From Azolla caroliniana (lineage: Eukaryota > Plantae > Polypodiophyta): 64,000 nucleotides of DNA. The stretch covers positions 1,674,001-1,738,000 of the forward strand of contig JBHGNT010000011.1 in NCBI GenBank assembly GCA_043228905.1, read 5' to 3'. The notes under the pieces were generated by a model, which was given only the letters and a program-made list of their open reading frames with translations, did not search any database and had not been told where the DNA came from. Within the stretch, counting starts at the first letter, position 1. Every line of letters starts with the position of its first letter. This document shows positions 13,355-26,797 of this stretch, one piece after another. The position numbers and the translations under genes were made by a program.

Positions 13355-15102
13355 CTACGCGGGGAAACAGAGAATCGAAGGTGGAGTGCGAGAGAGAAAC
13401 AGAAAGAAAGAAAGAAACAGAGATTCGAAGGTGGAGTGAGAGAGAGAAAGAGAGAGATAGGTAATAGATATGTGTCGTCTTTCTAACTTTCTGCCACTGT
13501 CTATTTGACAACTTCGAGACAAAAGAGAGAGAGAGAGAGAGAGACTGACCAACTATGACATTCGAAACCTTCTCCAGGTGTGCTTTCGTACAACTCTACC
13601 TAGGAGAATGAAGTTACAATTAATGTATTAAATACGGCCTTGGGACATTTCGAGTGTGATGTATAATATCTTTGTACATTCGAGTGTCACGTAATGAATT
13701 TGTTATTTGAAATTGAACACCATTCAATAGATGATAATTGTTTTATTTTCAATTTTTAATGTTTATTTTTTTCCTTGATTTAGTAGTAAATTTTTGGCCA
13801 AAAGTCGGTACACCGTAGCATGCTTCGACCCATTATATATTTGACAATCACCCGACCCGACATCAGTTATCCGGTTGGCGTGATCAACCAATATATGCAG
13901 AAGCCAACCGTGGAACAACTTTTGTGCGCGCATCGAATTTTGCGATATGTGAGCGGTACGAAGGACTGGGGACTGTTATACCGGCATGGTATAACCGAAG
14001 AGCTAGTCGGCTACACCGATGCCGATTGAGCCAGCGATGCATCGGATCGCCGATGCACCTTCGGCTAGATGTTTTCCCTTGGTAGCGTGGTTGTTGCGTG
14101 GAGCAGCAAAAAGCAGCCAATAGTGGCCCTTTCGAGCACTGAGGCTGAATACCTGGGCGCTACCGTTGCCACCTATGAAGCCATTTGGCTTCGGCGACTG
14201 CTGGAAGACCAACGGATCGAGGTGCCGACCCTGATCCTGATCTACTACGACAACATAAGCAGCATGTAGCTCGCAAGGAACCCCGTATTCCATGCTCACA
14301 CAAAGCACATAGAACTGCACTACCACTTCATGCGTGAGCGTGTCCTGAGCGATGAAGTCAAACTTCGGTATGTTCATACGGATCGACATCTTCACCAAAC
14401 CGCTCGGATTGGACAAGTTGCAGCACTTCACAGAAATGCTTGGTGTTTAACATCTTGATGTGCCACACTTGAGGGGGAGAATGGGCAAACACTGGAACGG
14501 GCAAAGGCAAAGAAACTGCCGATTGCGCCAGTGAGGGAAGAACCGACAAAGGGAGAGACAAGAAGAAGAAAGGAGCCGATTCAACAAAGGAAGTTGACAC
14601 ATCCGAACAAGTCGAAACAAGCAACAGTGGCGGCAGAGTCAAGAAGGACAGATCCGACCGGAAGAAGAAGGCCAAGACTCGGACATGGTCCGATGTGGTG
14701 AAGGGCCTGGAACCGGAAGGTGAATCAGGAGTGACCGATTCGGACAAGAGCTGGAACGAATCGGAGACAGCCGATTCAGTTCAACAGACGGATTCGGAAG
14801 AACCGGATCAATTCAAGGCCAAGAGGACGAGAAGGCAGCGAAAGTCGACGCCAACACGAAGGAATCGGCGAATCGGCAAACGCCAAAGTCACAGCAGCGA
14901 GAGAGCTGAATTGGGCCTGTTGAGCAAACAAGTCGACCGAGGAGGTCGAGGTGCGCAGAAGCAGAAGAGTCGCGGAAAACAGGACTAGACCGGACGAGGA
15001 GCGTGAGTGAGGCGGAGTGACACCAGAAGGAGCCGGGTGGAAGGACCAGTTGCCCTAGAGACTGACACTACGATCCGACCTCAAATTGAGCTTGATGGGG
15101 AG

Positions 15103-15409
15103 TGTTGAGCGGCAAGCTCAACCGGATCCGGATCGGCGTCCGAAAGGATGAGCCGGATCGGAGAGCCGGATTCGAGCAAGAACCGGAAGCCTAGTAGTAG
15201 CCTAGACTACTAGGTAGTTAATGACTCGTAGCTAGTGATAGACGCTTGTGTGAGCGTTGAAGTACACTGTATTTCTGTCAGCCCTCTTAGGACTTGTATA
15301 AATAGTGTTGTTGAGCACGTTGTATGTACAGAGAATTTTACAGAGTTGTTGATAATAGATTTAAGTTGTTCTGCTCTTTCTCTATCCCTCCTACGTACCT
15401 TATGTGTGT

Positions 15410-15485
<76 letters not shown>

Positions 15486-15536
15486 TGCTATCCTGCTAAG
15501 CCGGTTGTCTAACGATTACGCACCTTCATTTCTACA
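15103..15536 (+). repeat. 3' LTR of copia family A copy 1
   Basis: Follows the purine tract GATGGGGAG. Starts TGTTGAGC, ends TTTCTACA, and shares TAGGACTTGTATAAA and GAGCACGT with the LTRs at 47673 and 52890. Confidence 0.88.
15414..15483. repeat. (CT)n microsatellite inside LTR
   Basis: About 35 consecutive CT units. Confidence 0.97.
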
Positions 15537-18500
15537 GTAATCCACTAAAATGAAAATCTAGCCCCTTGACCGAGTAACTAGTCTTTTCCCGGATGGACCC
15601 CCCTTCTTCTTCGTTTTGCTAGATGATTACCCATTTTGTTAGCCTCTTTCTGTTGAATACGGGTACATAACGAACGTACCCACATTGTCCCATTGGACAA
15701 ACTATGTTTAGGCCATAATTCTAATTATTGGAAAACCTTAGGTCAGTTAGCATTTAAACTGATCTTTGTAACCTAGTTAGTTGTTGTTCATTGTTGTATT
15801 ATTATCGTGTTGTTGTAACCTTGGAGAATAATACAGTTACATTGCTTGGTGCCTTTCTGTGTGTCAGTTTCTTTCTCTTACTCCATCCTTGATCTTGAAT
15901 ATGGTAAAGTTGTCTTTGTCATACAAGCTATTCTTCTAGTTTGTCCTCTTATCTACATCAACTGGGAGTTCTTCACTTGATAGGCCTTGATCTTGTTCTG
16001 CATTTGATGGCATGCTTCCAACATCTGGTATTAGAGCTTGAGGTTTTGATTCTACAGTCGGTCATCTTCTTGTCTTCATCAACACTTCTTTCCTGATACC
16101 CCCTGAAGATATTTCGGTTGACATCACTTGGAAAAACTAATTCTATGATTTCAGTAGACTAAAATGTTTTGGTCGGAAACTCTCTACAATATCACCCTTC
16201 CTGAGAAGAGACACTTGAAAAACCAACACTTCACTAAGCTAGGTCACTCTTGAAGTAGGCCAATCTATTGTACTTTGCCTTCGTGATTGTAGCCTCTTGG
16301 AATGAGATCTTTTCATCAAACCAACCTTGATTGTGCTTCATCATGTTAGACAACAACTAGACATGTCATCCGACGTTGCCTCCTCGTTTGTCATAACCAC
16401 TCGAAGCAAATTCAACCCCAAGAACAACCGCCATTCGTGCTTCATTTGGCTAGACGATATTGAAGAAGAATAGTCGAATCTATCCCTCTCATCATTATGG
16501 TCACCTGAAGCAGGATCGGTCTAGAAAAAAATGACACAAACAACACATAATCTGTGATCGCCCCTCCTAAAATCGGCACCTAGAATTGGATTGACAATTA
16601 ATTATGCTCAATCCGTCTAGGCGATATTCGAGAAGACTAGTAGGCTATGTCCCTCCACCCATTGTAGCCACTTCGAGCAAGTTTAGCACCCAATTGTTAT
16701 CTAGAACCTAATCAGAAATTTTGGGTTCAATTCGGCTCAGCTATTCGGTTGTAGTCGCTCTAGACAGAACCCATTGATAGTCGAAGCCAATCAGCTCGTG
16801 TCCAAATCCGGTTAGAATGAATTCAGGTGAGCTAGCTAGTTGCACCCAACCACTGTTTGTAGCTAACTTCGGACAGAGACTCCCAAAGCCAACACATATG
16901 GCATGAACATCTGGCTCATCCAAAATGAGCCTAATGAAGTTCGACGGGTCGAACTTTAACTTCTGGAAGGAACAAATGCAAGACTATTTGATCATCAAAG
17001 GTCAGATAGATCCAATCGACTTAAAAAATACTCGAGAAAAAGTACACGCCAAATGAGTGGAAAAAATTAGATTGAATTACTTGGGCCACCATTCAGATGC
17101 ACTTGTCGGAGTCAGTGTACTTCACAATGTAATCGTTTCGACTGCCTACGAACTGTGTAAGACACTTTCAGACACTTATGAAAAGAAGGTCATCACAACA
17201 AAGATATATTTAATCTGGCGCCTTTACAACCTTCAGATGAAAGAATCCAATTCGGTCCAAGAACACATAATTGAGTATGAAAATTTGAGTTCCCAATTGT
17301 CGACTTAGGGAGTCACCATAGAAGACAAGCTGAAAGCTCTTGCACCAATGAGCAGTCTAAGTCCTAGAAAACTTATGTCACCATTGTGTGCAACACATCC
17401 AGAATGACTATAAGCTACTCTGAATTGAAGAGTTCAATTCTAACAGAAGATGCTTGGAGGAGGTCGTTTGTTCATGACACAGCCAAGCATGCATTTGTAG
17501 TACATGGTTTGATTGACTGACCAAACAGCCGAGGAAGAAGTTTTCCCAGCCGTCCACAAATTCGCCAAGTCAAAGCAAGTCCAAGTATAGTCAGATATGC
17601 AACTATTGTAAGAAACTTGGACATGTTAAAACCAACTGGCGTGCACTCAAAGACAAGAACAATAAAGCTCAGTGAGCTGATAAAAAGGGTAGCCAACATG
17701 AGGTTAACTACATCGGCTCATCAACCGAAATACTGACGGATGATATGAACATCCTGTTTATAGAGAACTCAATCGAATCCAAAGGTTTGCTTACGACTAA
17801 GGAAATGTTCACATGCCTCTTGGATTTGGGTGCATCCTACCACGTGACCCCTCATCGATCCCAATTTTGGCAATGTTCGGCTCGGCATTCCGACTCAATT
17901 CGAGTCGAAAATTCGCAAAACTGTGCTATAGTCGGAATCGGCAATGTAGGGCTCAACCTTCCAGGTGGCTCTACACTAGTACTACATAATGTTTGACACA
18001 TATTTGAGCTCTCAAGTCCACTTATCTCAGTCAAACAACTTGACGAAGATGACATCCATGCAGACGACATTAGTGTTGACTTCTCATCAGGAGGGTGGAC
18101 ACTCCACAGAGGGAACCTGCTACTTGTTCAAGGTCCAAAAGTGCATTTGTTGTACCCGTTATACTTCACACTCAGAGAGGGCAACTTATTTTTGGTTGAT
18201 ATTCCCATGTCATCACTATGGCATGGACAACTCAGACATCTCAGCAAGGTTAGCATAACGCATTTATCTAGAGCCGTATACACCCCCAAACTCTCCTTTC
18301 TGGACCACCAATTCTGCAAGCACTACAAATACGGCAAACAAGTCGTAGCCACACACCCGATGGTAACACCAAGAGAATCGATTCCACTCGATTTGGTCCA
18401 TTCGGACGTCTATGGCCCAATGCCACATCAGTCTCTTGGCGACGCCTCCTACTTCGTCAACTTCATCGACAACTCGACTCGTAAGGTGTGGGCTTATCCG

Positions 18501-19701
18501 GCTAGAACAAAAAATCGGGTGTTCTCGATCTTCCTGGAATGGCTTACCATGGTGGAGAGAACCAGTCCAGCCGGAAGCTAAAATGCTTACGGTCAGACAA
18601 TGGAGTAGAGTTGAAAAGTGAAGATTCCGTCAGATTTTGCCAACAACGCGGCATTCAACATGAATACAGGGCACCATATCTTTCGAAGCAAAATGGAATT
18701 GCTGAATGAATGAATCAGACAATTCAAGAACGAATCATTGTTATGCTCCAACACTCCAGACTGGCATATGACTTTTGGGCAGAGGCCCTACTTACGGCAA
18801 CACACATGTAATCAATATGTCGTCGAGTAGGCCTGTAGCACTTCAAATACCTAACGAATTATGGATTGGCAATCAGCCGAATTATAACAAGCTGAGGGTT
18901 TTCGGATGTGAGGCATACACCCTCATAACGAAAGAGTATTGCCAAAAGCTCGAACCAAGGTCCAGGAAATGCATTTTCCTTGGCTATGGACCATACAACA
19001 AAATCAGATCCCAACTCTAGGACCTAGAGAATATATAGATCGTCTGAAGTTTGAACGTTGTCTCCAACAAGTCAGTCATGCACAAGACGGCTGAAAGTGC
19101 TATTGAAGTCCTAAGGGTAACATTTTCAGAAATTTCGGCCCTTCATGAGCGCCCAACTCAAAACACAAGGTCGGCCTCACGAGTAGCTAAATTTGCTAGT
19201 ACTAAATGGGCTCCAACAGTTTTGGCACAGCCAAACATTTCGCCTTCGGGCCATCTAACCCAAACAACCGATCTAGCTAGCCCAATCATACCAAGACAAT
19301 CGGAAAGATTTTCATAGCCTTCAGAGAGGTACTCTCCTGGGATCTTCTTCATAAACTCTAGTGAGCCAACGTCATATGAAGAAGCATTGGCATCAACTGA
19401 TTTGGCCAAATGGCATCTGGCAATGGAGTTCGAAATGAACTCCATCCGACAAAACAAGACTTGGGATTTGGTCAAACTACCGAAAAACCGACGTGCTCTT
19501 CCATGCTAGTGGGTCTATAGACTAAAAGAGATGTTCGAGTTGGCTGATCCGGTTTCTTGTTTCCGAACATTGCCGATTCGGACAAAAGTAGACTTGTCTG
19601 ACAACCTTGTATAAATTTGTATTTTTGTTCATTCTACTTTTTATTACACAGTTTTGGTTGTATACACCCATTATGGGGGAGTGTCGAATACATGTACATA
19701 A

Positions 19702-20414
19702 TGACAGGAACACACGCTCCTGATGAACAACAGTCGGCCACAACCGAGCATAAAATCATAAAACACAGGAAAAACGGGGAAGGAAGGCACGACACAATGA
19801 AGAGAAGAGTACACAGGATGTTTACGTTGAAAACCCAAATACAGGAAAAACCACGGCAATCCACAGACTGCAAACTATCACTGTGTCAGAATGTACAAAA
19901 TGGTAAAGCACTGAAGCAACGACCTCGAGCTTTCTATCTTCGCCACAGGCGGCGGTTACAACAGAGGCAACGATCTCTTCCTCTCTCTCACTCTCTCTGT
20001 ACACAGTTGCGCGCTCTAATCTTTTGCCAACAAGAATAACAACAACATACATATATAGTTCTCTGTTTTCCCTAAGTCATATTTATACTAATATGACTTT
20101 TCGGCTATTTACAAATATAGCCCCGATGGACTCTCAGAAACATATTTACAAATATGTCCCTTCATCCGGTGAGCACTTCTCACCGGGCTTGCATCATTCG
20201 GCGCTTGTCGGGTACTCCTCATCCGGTTCTCACTAGTTCTTCCGGAGCCGGGTACTCGTCATTCGGCGCTTGCCGGGTACACCACATCCGGTTCTCACCG
20301 GGTCTTCTGTAGTCGGGTACACCACATCCGGTTCCCACCTCGTCTTCCGTAGTCGGGTACTCCACATCCGGTTCTCACCGGGTCATCCCATCCGTAGGGA
20401 CCTGTTTCCTAACA
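19702..20414 (-). repeat. 3' LTR of the nested copia (internal ~38-40-bp CCGGGT..CATCCGGTTCTCA repeats)
   Basis: Highly similar direct repeat of 24396-25106. Confidence 0.95.
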
Positions 20415-23400
20415 AGCTCCCCCTTCACTCCGGCATGGGATGTCTTAGTAGTCCGACCTGCTTCCGACATGCATTCGGCTTGTTAGGTATCAGTAAAGGG
20501 TCAGCATATCTGACCCGTTCTCGGCCGTGTGGATCTTCGTCAGCACGAACTCCTGGTCATCTACTCTTTCCCGGATCCAGTGATACCTTCGTTGGATATG
20601 CTTCGTCCGGGAATGGTAGGCCGCATTCTTAGCAAGGTGGATGGCACTTTGACTGTCGCAATAGAGCCGATATTCATCTTGCCGGATACAAAGCTCTCCG
20701 ATGAAGTCCATCATCCATAATATTTCCTTGCTAGCTTCCACAACCGCCATGTACTCCGCCTCCGTGGTTGACAACGCAACCGTCTTCTGCAGCCTCAACT
20801 GCCACGAAACAGCTCCCCCTGCATATGTCATTATATACCCGGATGTAGACCGGCTGGTATCCACATCAGCCGACATGTTCGAATCGGTAAAACCGTCAAG
20901 TTGAGGTTTTCCGGAGCCGAATCGGAGACACATATTCGAAGTGCCCTTCAAGTACTGGAGTATCCATTTGACCGCGTTCCAGTGCTCCTTGCCAGGATTG
21001 CTCATGAACCGGCTCACCACTCCGACTGCGTATCCAATATCTGGTCGAGTACACACCATTCCATACATTAAGCTCCCAACAGCAGAGGCATATGGAACCA
21101 TCATCATATCCGCCTTCTCTGCTTTCGTCTTCGGCCTTTTCTTACCGGATAACCTGCAGTTTACCGGAAGTGTCGATCCAACCGGTTTCGCATCTGACAT
21201 ATTGAACCGCTGAAGCACCTTTGTCACGTACTTCTCCTGTGACAGCCACAATTGCTTCATTGACTGGTCCCGGATAATATGCATCCCCAGCATCTGTCTT
21301 GCCAGACCCAAGTCTTTCATTGAGAAGGTCCGGTTGAGAGCATTCTTCAACATCCGTATTTTGGCTTGGTCCCGTCCGACAATCAACATGTCGTCCATGT
21401 ACAAAAGGAGTATCGGGGGGCCTCCTTCAACTCGTAGAGGCTCTTCTTCAACCGGAAAACTAGGTGCTCCTTCCCTTTCTCCACGAATCCTCCGGTTGCT
21501 GCATGTAGATCTCCTCTTCGAGGTCACCGTTAGGGAATGTCGTCTTCATGTCCAGCTGCTCTACCTCAAGTCCATGCTTGTCGCTATACTCAGCACCGTC
21601 CGGATGGAGGTCATCTTTACTACCAGGGCAAATATCTCGTCGAAGTCCACGCCCTTCTTCTGCTAGAACCCCTTCACCACAATCCTGGCTTTGTATCTTG
21701 GGGGGTTGTCGACATCTCCCAGTTTCAACTTGTACACCCACTTGTTTCGGAGTGCCCACTTTCCTTTCAGCAACTCCACCAATTCGTAAGTATGGTTCTC
21801 GTGCAGGGAATCCATCTCATCCTGCATGGCACTTAACCATTTGCGGCTATGGGTGTCATCCTTCGCTTCTTCAAAGCTTTCTGGCTCCCCCTCATTGGTT
21901 AGCAGCACATGCTTTGCATCCGGAAATCTCCGGGGGGCCCTTCTCTCTCTGAGAGGATACCTCCGTCTTTGGGCTTCGGTAACCAGTTCCTCCATTTGCT
22001 CTTCATCCGAATCCGATTCGGGGTCTTGGTCGGTTCTGGTTTCAGCTTCCTCTACTTCTTCTTCTGCCAGTTCGGTATCCTCACCGTAACCGGCCGGTTC
22101 CTCGAGTGCTAACCGGTCTCTTGCCGGTTGGGTCTGCTCATCGTAGAATCGATCCTTACCGGTTGACTCAGAGTTCATTATCTTCTTCTCCGACTCCCGG
22201 TCGGCGAGTGTCTTGTCCTCCATGAAGATAATATTTCGATTCCGGAATACCTTCTTGTCGACTAGGTCCCACACTCGGTAGCCGAACTCATCATCGCCGT
22301 AACCGAGGAATATGCATGACCGGGTCTTTGGATCTAACTTTCCTCTCCGGTCCTTAGCAACATGCACGTACACGAGACACCCGAACACCTTCAGATGCCA
22401 GTAGGACACTTCCTTACCAGTCCAGACTCTCTATGGCGTGTCTCCGTCCAAGGGTACTGAGGGAGATCTGTTTATCACATATGTCGTCATCGACAGTGCC
22501 TCAGCCCAAAACTTCTAGGGTAGTTTTGCATGCGCCAGCATACTCCGGACCCTCTCCATTATGGTCCGGTTCATCCTCTCGGCCAGCCCGTTTAGTTCCG
22601 GTGTCTTCGGCACGGTAAATTCGAGCCGGATTCCCTTCGAGCGACAGTACTCCTCGAACTGCCCCCGGTATTCACCTACGTTATCTGCTCGAACCGCCTT
22701 CAGCTTCCGGTCGGTTTCTCTTTCCACTCTCGCGTGGAGCTCTTTGAAGACGGATAACACCTGATCCTTCGTCTTCAACGGTGTGGCCCACAGCTTCCGG
22801 ATGTGGTCATCTATGAACGTCACGAAGTACTGTGATCCTGCATGTGACTTCGTGTCCACTTGACACACATCAGTATGCACCAACTCCAGTGGTGCATTAC
22901 GTCTCATCGGTGGCCTCGATCGGAAGGAGGTCCGGTTTTTTGTTTACCGGCCAGACAATCAGTGCACTTCTCCAAGTGCATGTTCTTCACTGGAATGAGG
23001 TTGTCGTCTGCAAGCCTCTTCATCCCCTTCTCGCTCATGTAACATAGCCTCTTGTGCCACAGCTCACCGGCAGTGTCGGATGCCACGTTCACTTCCTCTG
23101 GACATAACCGGGCATTCATCAGGTACAGTGTGTTTACCTTCCAGGCCCAAGCCACAATCAGGCTCCCTTTGCTGAACTTCATAACACCGTTCCGGATGCT
23201 ACCCGTGTAGCCTTCATCATCTAGCCGACCGGCTGATATCAGGTTCAGACGAACCTCCGAAACGTGTCAGACATCCTTCAGCAGCAACTTGCATCCGGTT
23301 GGTGTTGTCAACCACACGTCCCCTGTGCCGACAATTCAGCATCTACCTTCATTCCCCATCCGGACACAGTCGTGATCACCGGCTGAGTAGGGTGAGAAGC

Positions 23401-24395
23401 ATTTCCGGTCTGGAGTAAGGTGGAACGACGCTCCGGAGTCGACCACCCAGGTCATCTCGTCGTCGGCAAGATTTATCTCACTCTCCTCGGTGATGAGCAT
23501 CAACTCTTCTTCACTTGCCGCGATTGCCGCCGTTCCCTTCCGGTCCGGCCCCCTCCGTTCTTTACCATTCCGGTCCGGTGTCCGCTTCGAATCGGTACCG
23601 TCGGTTTCCTTGTCTTTTCAGAAATGCCGACAGTTCTTCTAGAAGTGTCCCGGCTTGCCGCAATAGAAGCAAGTAGGCCTCCTCCTTGACTTTGACCGTG
23701 TCCCCGACTTTTCCCGGTTCTAGGGGCTACGGTTCCTTTGTCTTCCGCGTTCCGATTCGGTAAGGAGCGCTTTGGAGTCGGAGCTCATATCCTTATCTTT
23801 CCGATGCGGCTCCTCATCTAGCAAGCTCGACTTCACTCTTGCTAGGGATAATTGTTTCCCTAACGGCCCGGCATTGCCCAAGGTGACAACCAACGTCTCC
23901 CAGCTATTTGGGAGGGAACCGAGCAGGAGTAGTGCTAGTACCTCATCGGCAAGAGGTATTTCCAATGATGTTGCCTGGTGGATCAGCCCCTGGAAGGCAT
24001 TCATGTGCTCCGCCATGCTGGAGCCATCTTGGTACCGGAGTCTTACTAGCTTCCGAAATACCGAAACCTGACTGACAACATTTTTGTTCTGAAACATAAT
24101 GCCGATCTTCTCCCAAAGCTCATGAGCCTTGCTTTCTTCATTGAAGTTGTTGTATAGGCTCATGTCGATGAAGCACCGTATGTAAGCCGTTGTCTTCATG
24201 TGCATCACCTCCCATATCGCGGCGTCGATTTTGTCTGATCTCTTGTCCCCGAACTGAACCAGCAGCCAAAGGTCTTTAACCATGAGCATGTCCCTCATCT
24301 TCGACTTCCACACCGAATAGTTAGAACCGGTGAGCTTGAACATGCCTCCCAACGAATCATCCATTTTTCTGTGTTGCCTCGCTCTGATACCACTT

Positions 24396-25106
24396 TGATA
24401 GGAACACACGCTCCCGATGAACAACGCTCGGCCACAACCGAGCTTAGAATCATAAAACACAAGAAAAACGGGGAATGAAGGCATGACACAATGAAGAGAA
24501 GAGTACACAGGATGTTTACATGGAAAACCCAAATACAGGAAAAACCACGGCAACCCACAGACTGCAAACTATCACTATGTCAGAATGTACAAAATGGTAA
24601 AGCACCGAAGCAACGACCTCGAGCTTTCTATCTTCGCCACAGGCGACGGTTACAACAGAGGCAACGACCTCTTCCTCTCTCACTCTCTCTGTACACAGTT
24701 GCGCACTCTAATCTTTTGCCAACAAGAATAACAACAACATACATATATAGTTCGCTGTTTTCCCTAAGTCATATTTATACTAATATGACTTTTCGGCTAT
24801 TTACAAATATATCCCCGATGGACTCTCAGAAACATATTTACAAATATGTCCCTTCATCCGGTGAGCACTTCTCACCGGGCCTGCACCATTCGGCGCTTGC
24901 CGGGTACCCCTCATCCAGTTCTCACCGGGTCTTCCGGAGCCGGGTACTCGTCATTCGGCACTTGCCGGGTACACCACATCCGGTTCTCACCGGGTCTTCC
25001 GTAGCCGGGCACACCACATCCGGTTCTCACCAAGTCTTCCGTAGCCGGGTACTCCACATCCGGTTCTCACCGGGTCATCCCATCCGGAGGGACCTGTTTC
25101 CTAACA
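24396..25106 (-). repeat. 5' LTR of the nested copia
   Basis: Adjacent to the iMet PBS; direct repeat of 19702-20414. Confidence 0.95.
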
Positions 25107-25434
25107 CACAATGGACATATTCACACTATCCCATTGGACAAACTAGGTTTAGGCCATAATTTCAAATTACAAGTTTCAGATTACAAATTTCAGATTACAA
25201 GTTTCTAGTTACAAATTTCTAATTACTTTCGCAATGTGTTGTAATTTTGCACCAATTCTCATGACAAATTCTGATTAGGGTTTCTGATTTTTTAAGTGGT
25301 TGAATTCTGATACATGTTGAAAATGACAAATTAAAAATTTTAGATTACTATCTCAAAGTGTTGTAATTTTGCTCCAAATTGACATTAAAAATTCTGCTTT
25401 TGCACCAATTCTTATTACTGAATTTCTATTTCAG

Positions 25435-26797
25435 GTGGCTTGTTCCTCCCTATCCTAGAGTGTTGAACTTCGCAAAATTTTGCGAGACAAAGGAGGACTT
25501 TCACAACATATATGGTCTGTCTCTCGAGGGTATTGACCCTGCTATTCTAACAGATAGATTGATTAGTGATGTAGACTGGATATCAGTATATAAAGTGCCT
25601 AGAGTGAAAGGCAAGGTCAAGCTCAAGCATGTATGACTGGACCTGTACGATGACTGCATGAGACTGCACCAAAAAGTACATCAAGAGATCCCGGTCAACA
25701 ACGAGTTGTCCGTTTCATTTGCCAGAGCTTTTGCATACGAGTATTGCAAAACAACGAAGGAATCTCGTGACCCTAAAATGTATAGGGTAGCCTGGGCAAT
25801 TTATGGTGAGGCATCGGTTATGTCGGAAGATGGGGAGCTTGCAACAAAAAATGGCAAGATTTTGGAGCATGGCAGTTGATGTTGCAACTGTCGACTCCCA
25901 ACAAACCCGCAAGTATACGCCACACTGACACACAATGAAAGCCAATGTCAATGATACAGGTGAGACATTGATTAGCTATATGCTAAAAAATGTCCATGAA
26001 GCCTATGAGACAAACATTGGAGTTTTTTAAGACTGATTTAGAGAAAGCAACATTGGTTGCTGCGATGGTGAGCAAAGTCACTTTGGCAGTTACAACAATC
26101 AGAAATAAGATTAAGGTATCTATTGTTTTGCTAGTATGTAATATGTTATAAATAACTTGTACATGAAAATGTGCTACTAAGGCATTATCTAGAACAGGTT
26201 TCTCAACATGAGCTTGAAATTGAGGGGTCGTTGGATCCCCAGCAGAAAATTTAACTGCAGACAGAGATCTAGCTTCTTTCAATGAACCTGGACCTTCTAG
26301 GTGTAAATATTGTCACTCATTACAATTTGGACAAGCTACAAGTAAGTTAATGATTCTTGTTTCTTGTTGTTGTATCTTCCTCATTAAGGAATAATTAATC
26401 GGTAAAATTCTCGGTTGCATTGAAGGAAAAATACTCCCGTCAAGAACAGGTAGTTAGTTGCCTTAAGAAGCAGCTACATTTTGTGGAGGGGATGGTAAGG
26501 AGTAGACAAGAATTGGACATGAACATTCTTGTTCCCTAACAAAATGAAGGGGAACCATGAAATGATATATTGACGGTTCAAGCACGTCGCATCGCTTGTG
26601 GATTACATGTAGAGGACAAATCTACTACTCTGTTGGTTCACCTACAACCATGCCAGCACACATACCATATTGTTTGTTTTCAATATGCATGTCTCATTGC
26701 TGCATTTTGTTTGGGGGATTGCAGTACAGCTCTCCCAAATGAGTGGAGAAAACTAATAGGTAAAATTGTTGCTTGTGACCATAGTGTAGCTAATTAG
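25435..26797 (+). pseudogene. Captured gene fragment: NNE..FARAFA domain plus C-terminal RING-H2-like finger
   Basis: Acceptor TTTCAG at ~25434, then ..EIPVNNELSVSFARAFAYEY..VAWAIYG (stop at 25634). At 26570-26797: RIAC..PCQHTYHIVC..CLGDC. Lies inside the interrupted LTR. Confidence 0.6.

Larger units (their letters stand above)
2161..13830. mobile_element. Large DNA transposon, Sola2-like, with two convergent genes (decayed)
   Basis: AT-rich block interrupting copia sequence at both sides. It carries a spliced DDD-type transposase on + and a second multi-exon gene on -. Ends read GGG...CCC, but no clear TIR or TSD was seen; boundaries are approximate. Confidence 0.65.
1..15536 (+). mobile_element. 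Ty1/copia LTR retrotransposon, family A copy 1 (degenerate, 5' part outside window, split by a DNA transposon at 2161-13830)
   Basis: 1-2160 has the gag end (CWYCGKKGH zinc knuckle), protease (WYVDSGASNHM), GAG-pre-integrase and integrase (YFVSFIDDYSRH, TPEQNGVA). 13831-14470 has the RT end and RNase H (GYTDAD, WSSKKQPIVALSSTEAEY). PPT and 3' LTR follow. Colinear with the copy at 47673; many stops and frameshifts. Confidence 0.92.
19702..25106 (-). mobile_element. Full-length Ty1/copia element (Tnt1/Tork-like organisation), inactivated
   Basis: LTRs 19702-20414 and 24396-25106 (TG..CA), TSD CATAA/CACAA, PBS TGGTATCAGAGC at 24381-24392 (-), PPT at ~20415-20426. Gag 23720-24364, protease (WVVDSGASFH), integrase 22515-22907, RT (YMDDML) and RNase H 20490-21527. 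Stops and frameshifts present. Confidence 0.95.

Noticed and set aside
24491-25159. 222-aa ORF (and 19617-20039, 20270-20632)
   Set aside because: It lies in the LTR, is antisense to the element, is built from short repeats, and is broken in the other LTR copy.
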